Of a stretch of 22,213 bases of DNA, positions 1 through 10,194 are shown one piece after another (the first letter of the stretch is position 1; each line of letters begins with the position of its first letter). Below the pieces are notes generated by a model. That model did not search any database. It was not told where the DNA came from and was given only the letters and a program-made list of their open reading frames with translations. The translations under genes were made by a program, and so were the position numbers. The DNA comes from Octopus sinensis (taxonomy: Eukaryota): positions 1 through 22,213 of the forward strand of contig NW_021823837.1 of NCBI RefSeq assembly GCF_006345805.1. The letters are read 5' to 3'.

Positions 1-660
1 CTTTATGCAGTTGGGAAGTCCTCGTCTGTAGAATTCGGTAGTTTGAGTCTGGAGTCAAGATTTTACCTCGGAAATAAGTTCATCATCATCTGAAATTGCT
101 TTCCCTTCAAGAAAGACTTCATGGTTGGAAAGAGGTGGAAGTCAGATGGTGCAAGTTCAGCAGAGTAAAGAATAAGGAAGGATTTCATAGTGACAGGAGT
201 GTCCTTTCATCTGGGCAACATGCTCATTGTGAGCTGGGGAATTGTCTTGGTGGAGTTGGACTTCTTTGGTCACCATGGCACGCATCTCTGCTTTGATGGC
301 GTCTCACAATTTCTGCAGTAGATAAGCTTAATATAAGTTAATTGTGGTGCCCTTTGGCAGAAAACCCATCATCACTACTCCACGCTGGTTCCAAAATACT
401 GTGAGCATCACTTTTCCTGCTGAGGGTTGGATACGAGCCTCCTTTGTAGGTGGTGCGTAATCATACTTCCATTGTTTCGACTGGACTTTCGTCTCAGGAT
501 CATAGTGATGGACCCCTGTTTCATCTTATGTGATAAAACTGCCGAAAATTTCCTTCTCGTTCTCTTGGCACATTGTCAAAAGAACCTGGGAGCAATTGAC
601 TTGTAACTACATCTGAAAAGGGGTGAGCATTTGGGGAATCCATCGTGTAGGAGAGACCTT
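1..660 (-). mobile_element. Decayed mariner (D,D34D) transposase, catalytic two-thirds, runs off the window edge
   Basis: Manual minus-strand translation gives KVSPTRWIPQMLTP (WVPHEL-type linker, 625-642), FIT*DETGVHHYDPETKVQSKQW (first D 523-525), SAGKVMLTVFWNQRG, LHQDNSPAH (second D 244-246) and YSAELAPSDFHLFP (third D 141-143). D2-D3 spacer is 100 nt, i.e. 34 codons minus 2 nt. Five in-frame stops and two frameshifts. No HTH domain recognisable upstream of 660. Confidence 0.93.
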
Positions 661-1645
661 CTTGGATGTTCTGTACCTCTGTACAAAACAACTTCATCGC
701 TATATTACAAATAATTTTATAGGATGGACGTCATCGCAGAATTAAAGATAAATCTGTCTGCTCCAACAGTAGGAATATAGCACGCCAAGTTATTGTTCAG
801 AAGGTCTTTGCAAGGTCATGCTCAAACGAGTGGTCCGATCAGTTTCAGAAATTATCACGTTAGATACACTATGTGACTTCAGCATTTGTAGAAGGCACTA
901 TGCAAGTCACCTACGTTACAAAGAAACATCAGTAGAGATGCAGGGAGCAACATTGTGCATTTGTCATAAAGTTTTAACACTGTAAATATGGATACTATAT
1001 AGGATGGTTCTAGATTGTTTTCCTGCCCGGACAACTTTATAATGGCTCTTATGCTATTATATATGTATAATTCAAAGCCGCCGCAAACAGGCATCTGTAT
1101 GAGAAGCACAAGCGTTTCTAAATATCATTTCACCCCTGTATTTACTGGGAATCACAGACTACATTTAGTCCTGGATATTGTATGCAAAAACTTGAACTGG
1201 TTATGGCTGGAGAATCTATAGACCATAGGTGTACTCACTCCCAGCTGACCACTGTTAAGCAACTGTATCTAGAGCAGAAATTAATGCATAATTACAAAAA
1301 CTGAATTAATATTCATTTCAGTTAATGGCATAAATTTTAATAAATCAAGAACATGTTGATATACTGAATGGAGTACGGAAACTAATCTAAATAAATTGAA
1401 ATTTGCCTTTTAATTAGCGAAAGAAAACAATAAAAATCCTTAAAACAATTGTTTGCATCTTTGAAAGAATGGCGGACATTGGTTCGTAGGAATGAACCCC
1501 ACGATGCGAGATGGTTCTTTTAAACATCTTCCTAGCCATACTTCGGCGGTAACTCGTTCGCCGTTTCGTCTGCCTGGACTACTAAACATTTGCCCGAATT
1601 ACTGTCATATATTAAATGATTTAAACTGTTGTATTTTGCTGAAAG

Positions 1646-1722
1646 AAGAAGCACTTAGTAATGAGAAAACGAATCCAGTAGATGTACACAAGGCTTTATA
1701 TGCAACACAGCAATTTGCAAAA
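1646..1722 (+). CDS. Candidate internal coding exon (EALSNEKTNPVDVHKALYATQQFAK) of an unidentified gene
   Basis: Acceptor tgttgtattttgctgaaag|, donor AAA|gtgagt, 77 nt, phase 1 to 0, open. Joins in frame to a possible first exon ATGGCGGACATTG|gttcgt (1469-1481) and to 1877-1927. No homology recognised. Confidence 0.38.
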
Positions 1723-1876
1723 GTGAGTGGAAGCACTCTCTCGGCCAGAAAATATTCTTGCGTGTCATAATAGCATTTGCTTTGAATAGTCCTTTGTTTG
1801 GGTGAGATCATTTTTGTCAATAACCTATAGAAGTAATGGATGCTCAATCCAAACTATTGATGATCCCTTTTCATAG

Positions 1877-1927
1877 GATTCTGACCTTTCTGACAAAAAC
1901 ACAGAAAACATCACGTCAAAAACTCCT
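1877..1927 (+). CDS. Candidate 51-nt symmetric exon (DSDLSDKNTENITSKTP, or ILTFLTKTQKTSRQKL in another frame)
   Basis: Acceptor gatcccttttcatag|, donor CCT|gtaaga, length divisible by 3, 154-nt GT-AG intron from the previous candidate exon. Confidence 0.42.
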
Positions 1928-2014
1928 GTAAGAAAAAATAGACGACATATGTTCCAAAAAATAAGCACGAATTTTGCAAGAATCCTATTTCATATTTTGC
2001 GAGAATAGAAATAA

Positions 2015-2434
2015 CTTTTATCCTTTTTTTATCTTTTTTATTCTTGTTTCAATCATTTTATTGCGGCCATGGTGGGGCATCGTCTTGAAAGGTTTCAGTC
2101 TAAAAAAATACTAAAAAATAGACCGCAGAATTAAAATTTTTAAACCTAGCATTCATTATATAGGTCTCTTGTGCCGAACCGCTAGGCTACAAAACAGCAC
2201 CGGTTTCAAGCGGTGTCGGGAAACAAACATACTCACACACACACACTCATATACATATTATATATATATATATACGACGAGCTTCTTATAGTTTCCGTTC
2301 ACCAAATCAACTCAACAGGCTTGTGGCCGGCTCAAGGCTGTAGCAGAAACAGTTTTCCAAAGTGCCAAGTAGTGGGACTGAACCCGCAACCATGTGGTTG
2401 GGAAGCAAACTTCTTACCACATCGTCACGCCTCT
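2015..2434 (-). mobile_element. Near full-length tRNA-derived SINE, family I (about 420 bp, internal TA/CA microsatellite)
   Basis: Minus strand: A-box-like TGACGATGTGG (2417-2427), B-box GGTTCAGTCCC (2374-2384), body homologous to 6056-6184, 7289-7517 and 20157-20335, tail GATGCCCCACCATGGCCGC followed by A-rich short repeats. Confidence 0.86.
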
Positions 2435-2514
2435 GTGGTAAGTTGGAAGGGTGTAAGCAACTAAAAATGAATTCGTCTCATATGAAAATATTAGCGAAAC
2501 TTCATTTGATATAG

Positions 2515-2567
2515 GACGCTGATTTTTACACGTACCAAAAGCGGTGGGCCTGAAAAACTTGCGGAAT
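2515..2567 (+). CDS. Weak candidate exon (TLIFTRTKSGGPEKLAE; or DADFYTYQKR if donor at 2543)
   Basis: ttcatttgatatag| acceptor and AAT|gtaagg donor around a GC-richer patch. Conflicts with a minus-strand micro-exon reading at 2536-2549. Confidence 0.25.
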
Positions 2568-2689
2568 GTAAGGTGAAGGAAATAACACTTGAGGGCCGAT
2601 GGCAGGAATTTAGATAATTCAGCGAGATTCCGCTATGTTCAATAACGTTTTTAAAAACAAATAGAAATGATTTCAAAGTTAAAAGAAAC

Positions 2690-2725
2690 ATATGCACGCA
2701 CACACGCACGCACACACACACACAC

Positions 2726-2762
<37 letters not shown>

Positions 2763-2927
2763 TACAGGCACAAATACAAACACACACATTTTATGCATGT
2801 ATGCTTAAACATACATACATACATGTTCTCTGGCGCTGATGCTCGTATAGGTCTGCATGAATAGCGTTTTCTATTCTGCTCCCTCTCTCTGTCCCTTTCT
2901 GTCTCTCCTCTCTCTCTTCCTCTCTCC

Positions 2928-2973
<46 letters not shown>

Positions 2974-3025
2974 ATATATATATATTATATATATATATAT
3001 ATTATATATATATATATTTATATAC

Positions 3026-3056
<31 letters not shown>

Positions 3057-3460
3057 GTATTCCTGTCTTTGTTAATGTTATCTGTGAAGAATCTCCTTTA
3101 CGTATTTTCTAAGCGATACCGTAACTTTGTTCATCTGTCTGTTTTTCGCTATCTCTCTCCCTCACTCCTTCACTCCTATAACTTTTTCCTCTGATTCCTC
3201 CTTCTCTCTCTCTCTCTCTCTTTCTCTCTCTTTCCTCTTTGCTCTCTCTATCTCTTCCTCTCTCTCTCTCTCTTTCGGTCTCCCTCTCTTCATCATCGTG
3301 TCTGTGTATCACAAACATTTTCATTCATCTGCCAGTATACACCTCTCCCTTTTCTACATATCTCTCCCTCTCTCTCTCTCTTCCTCTCTTTATATCTTCA
3401 TCATTCTTTCTCTATAATTATCTCCATCTCCGTCTCACCCCTCTCGCCCATACCTTCCTC
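2690..3460. repeat. Compound microsatellites: (CA)n/(CG) mix, (TA)n and long CT-rich polypyrimidine tract
   Basis: Directly visible: CA runs 2690-2790, TA runs 2930-3058, CT runs 3130-3460. Confidence 0.95.
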
Positions 3461-3949
3461 ACTGCCCCAGCTATTTACACAAAGAATTGTTTACAGACAA
3501 CAAGACAATTTACCGCCTCAGATTCTCAAACGCACCAGCGAACAACGTTCACACTATTTGCTTGTAGAGATAGCAACACTATAATTATATTATTTTCTAA
3601 TATACTACACAAAACACCTAATAAGATAGTTTTCTAAACTTATTGATTTCAACACTAAATGTCTACTTTCACTTTCGTTTTCGTCATTGTTTATCATTAT
3701 TGTTTTTGTTTTTTGTTTTGTTATTTTCTATGAAACTTTTTTATTGTTGTTTCGACGTTTGTATGTCGTTTGCTTCATTGTTTGTTTTTCCAGAATTTTT
3801 GTTTTAAAAATTTTACCTAGGTTTGAAGCTTTTAATCAATTTTAATTTTCATTACAGTTTTTGTGCTTTTTTATTTTGTTTTTCTCATATTAATTTTCGC
3901 TGTATAAATTATCATTTTATTTCATCTTTAGATACCGTTTTTGATGATG

Positions 3950-5180
3950 GCGTGTGTATATGTGTGGATGACGGTTGTGGATATATATGCTTGTGTAAGT
4001 GTAATAGTGTGCGTATGTGTGCTCTGTACGACAGTGTGTCTCTATCAGTTTGACTATACGTGTGTGTATGTATGTTTGTGGGTATGTATGTGTTAATGTG
4101 AGTTGCGGATACGTATGAGTGTGTGACTATAGTTGTTAGAGAGTTTGCTCTGTTCGATTGCATGTATGTGTATACACGTTGGTGAGTGTGTCTGTGGACG
4201 GTTTGATATCCTGTGTACGTGCGCGTATGTATGTACACACGTGTGTGTGTGTGTGTGTACTGCACAACTGTGTTTCTATGTATATAAGTAGAAGCGTGTA
4301 TGTGTGGATGTGTATGTGCGTGTGAATATGTGTGTAGGTACGTGCATATAAATATGTTTATGTGTGTATATATATGCATATATACATACATATACAGAAT
4401 TATGTGTGTATGTTCACGTGTGTATGTGAGTGTGTGGATGAGAGTAATTGTGAGAGCGTGTCCGCGAAAATGTCTCTCCGTATGAATGCGGATGCATTTC
4501 AATACATTTATATGAAGGAGTTCGTGTGTTTGATTGTGTGTTCTGTGAAATTTGTGAATCTATGAGTTTGTGTATGTGTATAGTACGATGTGTTTATATA
4601 TATGTATGTGTGTGTGTGTGTGTGACTGTACTTCAATGTACTTATGTGCTGTGTGTAGACGTGCCTTTGGCTCTGTCGGTGTATGTGAGAGCGTGCGTGT
4701 CTGTGTGTGTATGTGTGTGTATCTATGTCATTTACTTCCTCATTTATTACTCATAATTGTCGTCTGTTTTTCTTCATATTACCGCTGACATTGGATGTGT
4801 TCCATCTTTCCCTATTCAAATACATAAACACGCACAAGTCATACATACATACAAATTTACACACACGCACACATACACACACATACACACATACGCTCAC
4901 ACACGAACACAAACATATGTACTTATATAACTATATATATATATATATACATATATATACACACACATACACACGCACACACATATATGTACATATATAA
5001 CTATACACACACACACACACATATATGTATATATATATATATATACATGCAAAAATAAAATTATACCTATAAAGCTAACATAAAGACTTACACAAACACG
5101 TACATGCATATGTCATGTATACATATATAAATGTATAGATAGAAATACATATAGTATATTACAATATATATATATATATA
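3950..5180. repeat. Degenerate (TG)n field followed by (CA)n/(TA)n field
   Basis: TG-rich 3950-4730, CA/TA-rich 4830-5180. Confidence 0.92.
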
Positions 5181-5538
5181 CACTACCGTCAGAAATTAAT
5201 TAGCACCCTTGATTTGCTCTTCACTCAAGGTATGTGCTGTCACCTAGTGGCCATATCTCGAACTATTGCTTTGTTGCGAGTTCACTGTTGCGCAGAACGA
5301 TGACGTAACTTTGTTTGCAGAGCAGTTTGAGAGTCTACAGCCTTATGATGTTGACATAGCAGTGCAACAACAACTTGGAGTGCGGATGCAGACAAATCTT
5401 TCTTTGTTTAATAGATATAGGTAGCGCCTCGCAAGGACCGAAATCACACCATACTTAGTTTTCTCATCGCGTAAGACGTTTTGAACAGCTCATAGGTTAA
5501 TTGATTTGAGAAGTGCTAATTAATTTCTGACGCAAGTG
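5181..5538. mobile_element. Non-autonomous Tc1/mariner-type MITE, 358 bp
   Basis: 26-bp terminal inverted repeats CACTACCGTCAGAAATTAATTAGCAC (5181-5206) and reverse complement CACTTGCGTCAGAAATTAATTAGCAC (5513-5538), 24/26 identical, flanked by TA on both sides inside a TA microsatellite. Confidence 0.85.
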
Positions 5539-5545
5539 TACATAC

Positions 5546-5603
<58 letters not shown>

Positions 5604-6055
5604 ATATATATATATATGTATATATATTTACGTAACTGTCATCTCTTCATGTTCATGTGTATATTCACAAAGAAATGTGTGTATGTATACATGTAACATA
5701 ACACAGAAAAATGGATATCACTATAACTTGTAATTTCTTACCCTCGTCTTCACCTTTACTTCACCAAAATTTAACTTGATTAAGACCTGCTTAAACTCGA
5801 AACGTCGAACCTCATTTCTTAAGATACTATCAAGTGTCAAACTGAGTAATATATATGATCTGGACTCGATCCTCTTCGTTATTAATAACACAGTACTACC
5901 AGATGGCATGTTGATCCTTTTTATGGAACATCCACTTAAGGTTCTATATCTGTACATAAATATGTATGAATCGTTATATGCATACACATTGTGTGTATAA
6001 ACATGTGAATTTAGGCTTATTTGTTCGTATGTATATGAATATATATGTGTACATC

Positions 6056-6184
6056 TGTTTGCTTCCCAAGAATGGCGTTCTGGGTTCTGTCCTACTGCTT
6101 GGCACTTTGGCAAAAGTCTTCTACAATATACTCTGATCTACCAATGCCTTGTAAGTGACTCTGGTAGACGAAAACTGAAAGAAA
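6056..6184 (+). mobile_element. SINE family I, 5' half (interrupted by Penelope insertion)
   Basis: gcttccca...gggttctgtcctactg...ggtagacgaaaactgaaagaa matches the reverse complement of 2280-2410. Confidence 0.8.
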
Positions 6185-7288
6185 ACTATCCTCCACTTCG
6201 CAGATCTTTCACAGCCTACCTCTTCCCACCTTCAAACGAGCCCACAACATGCGTGGCCTCCTGGTTCACTGTTTCTTTCCTACCCCACCTCCCAACCTGA
6301 CTCATTCCCCTGCTCCTGCCCACACTGCCACACTTTGCCCTGCCTATCCAACACCACCATACTGACAGGCACCCATCCTTATCATATCACCGACTCCTTT
6401 ACCTACACTTCTAGCAAGTAGGACACCGCTTAGTTCACCGGTTCATGGAGCACCTCCGAGACATCAGACTTGGCAATGATACCCCGGTCTCGCGCCATTT
6501 CTGCACCACCAGTCCTTCATTACAACACCTGTTTGTGATCGGAGTGTCTTTGCACAGGGGCCATCCGGAATCCGCCTTCACCGCGAACAAAATTTAATCT
6601 TCTCTCTTCGCTCCTTTTCGCCACATGGGCTCAACCCTTCCTCTCTTCATCTGAAAACTACTTCCTCTCTTCACTCCTACTCACCTCTCCTCTCCTCCTT
6701 TGACACCTACTTCCTATTCTCACTCCTACCGCCTTCTCTCTTTTTTGATACACCCTCCACCCACCCGCGCCCCTAGACACCCCACTCACATACCCTACCC
6801 CTGCCCACACATCCCCACCCCACACCCACATCCACCCCACCCCACCACGACACACCCACACCTCACCACAACACTCCACACACACTAGCACTCACGACTT
6901 CCCAGCACCCACACCACACCTAAACATCACAGACTCACACACTCACACACGCACACATCCACACTTCAAAGTAACTAGCCCCCATCCATATATACACTCA
7001 TACATTTACAAATTCTTACATACACACACGCACACACACGGTTTTGGGATCACCAATATTTTATTATCTCCCCTTCTTTCTAACTCTCCCACCAAATCTT
7101 TTTTCTTCCCAACCATGCTTGATCGCTTAATCCACGGGTCTTATTCTCTCTCTTTAATTATTCTTTTCTCTTCAAGAGCGTAGGGTCGACACGTAAAAGA
7201 CTTTCTCACTTTCCCGAATGCCAAACCAATACACCTGTTTGTTGTTCTTACACCTATCTTCATCATTTGTTTTTCAGTAAATTTGAAC
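6185..7288 (+). mobile_element. 5'-truncated Penelope-like element: degenerate GIY-YIG endonuclease region, C-rich 3' region and pseudo-LTR
   Basis: Frameshifted translation 6231-6650: FKRAHNMRGLLVH...FPCSCPHCHTLPCLSNTT...YHITDSFTYTSS / GHRLVHRFMEHLRDIRLGNDTPVSRHF...RLHREQNLIFSLRSFSPHGLN. This matches the PLE endonuclease pattern CxxCxTC...FTCxS...RFxEH...PVAxHF...ExxLIFxLxTxxPxGLN. Ends in a pseudo-LTR (about 7110-7288). Confidence 0.88.
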
Positions 7289-7517
7289 TATATGTGTGTT
7301 TTTGTGTGTGTTTGTGTGTGTGCGTGTATACCAATGTGTGTGTGTATTTGCATTTGTGTTTGACAACCAGCGGAGCTGCATTTACATCTCTCATAGCCTA
7401 AATGTTCGGCAAAAATATATTGTTAATGTAATGGTGTCGATACATTCGACTAAAAATTCCTCAGAGCAGTGCCCCAGCATGGCCGCAGTCTAATGATCGA
7501 GACAAGTAAGTTAAAAT
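7289..7517 (+). mobile_element. SINE family I, 3' half
   Basis: TG microsatellite, ttgacaacc, gttcggcaaaa, gcagtgccccagcatggccgcagtc tail; colinear with the 3' half of the 2015-2434 copy. Confidence 0.8.
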
Positions 7518-7544
7518 ATTTAGTTCAGCCGGTTACTGGTCATT

Positions 7545-7717
7545 TCATCATGCTAAAGAGTTAATCCCTATATATTTTTCGTTCGTACTTCTGCCCAAGA
7601 GCGTTGGCTCCAAGCGTCAACGACTTCCCCATTCTCCCAGAGACAGAAAATAGTACACCTGCTTGTTGCTCTTTTTCTCACCTGTCTTCGTCTTTTGTGT
7701 TCTGTAAATTTCAAATA
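7545..7717 (+). mobile_element. Solo Penelope pseudo-LTR copy 2
   Basis: Homologous to 7110-7288 and 10961-11130 (aagagcgt..gctc, tacacctg.ttgttg, tcttcgtcttttgt...gtaaattt), ends in (TA)n. Confidence 0.72.
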
Positions 7718-7770
7718 TATATATATATATATTCGTTTTGGGATTCTTTATGTGAGTTAATGTGTTGAAC

Positions 7771-8050
7771 TATATTCTGCTGTGTCTAGGGAGAGTCATT
7801 CTCTTTTGGTGCATTATACTTTAATACACTCACCGGTCAAATTTCCACTTATTTCTTTTTTATTTTTCTAACCATTTCGTTGCATCTTGCAACCTTTTTC
7901 AATGGAGAGTCAAAAATAATGAAAGTGTTGCAAGACGCAACGCAATATTTAGAAAAATAAAAAAATAAATGTGTGGAAATTTTACCGCTGAGTGTGTTCA
8001 ATTATAAGGCACCAGCAGAGAATGACTCTCCCCAGACACAACAGTATATA
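7771..8050. repeat. Foldback element: about 130-bp imperfect inverted arms with a 15-bp spacer
   Basis: 7771-7903 pairs with 7919-8050 (ctgctgtgtctagggagagtcattctc... versus ...gagaatgactctccccagacacaacag); TA-flanked. Confidence 0.9.
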
Positions 8051-8388
8051 TAATTATAAATTAGGGTATCTACGAGATACCACCATTCTGAAAATAGCAG
8101 CCATGATCTGACTCTAAAACCACCTTAATTTTCCATATCGCAACACGGAGAGAAAACAGGGAGACAGGATGAAACTAGTAAAAAGTTACTGGATAATTCT
8201 AGATCCCGGATTTCTGACTTTTCATTTAGGAATGCTTTGCCTCGTCAGTAGAATACACACAGAAAAGAAACATAATTACATATATATATAAATACAATAT
8301 ACGAATACTTACATATGTACGAATTCGTATACATACATATAAATGCACGTATGCATCATGGCCAGTTCAAAATCCCCGCTGTGTAATT

Positions 8389-8390
<2 letters not shown>

Positions 8391-8455
<65 letters not shown>
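8391..8455. repeat. Pure (AT)n microsatellite, about 32 units
   Basis: Uninterrupted AT repeat. Confidence 0.98.
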
Positions 8456-8458
<3 letters not shown>

Positions 8459-8589
8459 GGTATCAGTTGGCCAGAGACTATAGAAGCCCAGTGTCTGTGC
8501 AGTGGGAATGAACTTGAAACGATATTGCGAAGAAAACCTTGAAATACCATAGGCCTGCCAGCGTCAATAATTTTTAACATTAGACTGAA

Positions 8590-9419
8590 ATGTGTGTGTG
8601 TGTATGTGTGTGTGTGTATGTACGTTTCTGTGTATATGCGTGTACGTGTGTGTGTTGTGTGTGTATGTGTGTGCACGGAAGTTTGTGTGTGAATACGAAT
8701 ATATGTGTGTATGAAACCTATTGTGTATATACTTGTCTTTTTGTTCTTGTCTTACTACTAAAAACGTCTTGTAGCCCATTATGGTCGCAGTCCAATGATT
8801 GAAGTAAGTACAAGAAAAGATTAAGTAAATATTTATATATTGATATATATGCATGCGTTTGTGTATTTTCATGTGTGTATATTCATTCATATATGTATGT
8901 GTGTGTGGATATGTATCCGTATGTGCATATGATCTGCATATATACATACACTTATACACACACACATCTATCTATATATGTGTATATACATATATATACA
9001 CATACATTTATATATATATATATATGTACATATATGTATACATATATATGTATATAGATATATATATATACATATACATTCATATACATATATATTATAT
9101 TTATGTATATGTAAATATATATATATGTTTGTGTGTGTGTATGTATATATTTGAGTATGTACTTGTGCATGGTATAAATATAGATATTTTCACATGATGT
9201 GATATAAACGGAAGCAATTATCATGTCTATTGAATGTAACAATCAATAATCAATTCCGTGTTTGCAGTTACACAAGTCTTTCTAATTCCTTTCTGTTTCA
9301 CAATTTAGACCAGTCTATAAACACCTTTCTGTTATTCCCACTGCACCGCCATTATGTCTCTAAACTTGTATGGTATATATATACATATGCACACATCACA
9401 CACACACACAGACACACAC

Positions 9420-9470
<51 letters not shown>

Positions 9471-9627
9471 TGCATATATGTATGTATAGGTATATATATA
9501 TAGAAATCATATGTATTTACATGAAAATTGTTTATATAATACATATATACCTACACACAACACACAGACATATATACATATATATATATGTCAATATATA
9601 TATGTATATATATATATATTATATATA

Positions 9628-9668
<41 letters not shown>

Positions 9669-9700
9669 TATATATATGCATATATATATATATATATATA

Positions 9701-9738
<38 letters not shown>

Positions 9739-9760
9739 TATATATATATATATACATAAA
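8590..9760. repeat. Compound TG/TA/CA microsatellite fields around a unique island (about 9190-9372); degenerate family I SINE tail at about 8760-8822
   Basis: Direct inspection. Confidence 0.88.
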
Positions 9761-9979
9761 CAGTAATCCCTCGAGTATCACAGGTGTTACGTTTCAAAGC
9801 CCATCGAAACAGGTGAAAATCAGCGAAGTAAAAATAGTATTGTACTGAATATATTTTCTTACTTTTATAATTGTATATATTTCTTTTATTGTAAATGCGA
9901 AAGACCACCACGGAGGAATCGACGTAAGCCTAAATAATAAACCGCGATAGGTGAACTGCAATATGGCGAGTGAATTCTG
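9761..9979. mobile_element. Degenerate pogo/Tigger-like MITE
   Basis: Left end CAGTAATCCCTCG, right end reverse complement CAGAATTCACTCG (10/13), internal (cgcgat)aggtgaa motif near both ends, embedded in TA tracts. Family assignment is from recalled Tigger TIR style. Confidence 0.55.
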
Positions 9980-9991
9980 GGTTTATATATA

Positions 9992-10079
<88 letters not shown>

Positions 10080-10086
10080 GTATATA

Positions 10087-10140
<54 letters not shown>

Positions 10141-10194
10141 GTATGTATGTATGTGTGTGTATTTGTGTGTGTCTGTGTGTGTATATATATATAC

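Noticed and set aside
96-296. 66-aa + strand ORF
   Set aside because: Antisense shadow of the mariner transposase.
790-1000. Segment resembling a mariner terminal/subterminal region pointing away from the 1-660 transposase
   Set aside because: Resemblance is from memory only, no matching second TIR in the window and no TA-CGAG start; left uncalled.
1239-1268. Minus-strand 30-nt exon-like unit (ttctgctctag|...GGA|gtgagt)
   Set aside because: Isolated, no homology, and such site pairs are expected by chance in 22 kb of AT-rich DNA.
2536-2549. Minus-strand 14-nt micro-exon with a strong polypyrimidine tract
   Set aside because: Overlaps a competing + strand candidate and cannot be decided without RNA data.
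5721-6113. Minus ORF faintly recalling an RT palm region
   Set aside because: No YADD-like motif; N-terminal part is SINE antisense and microsatellite.
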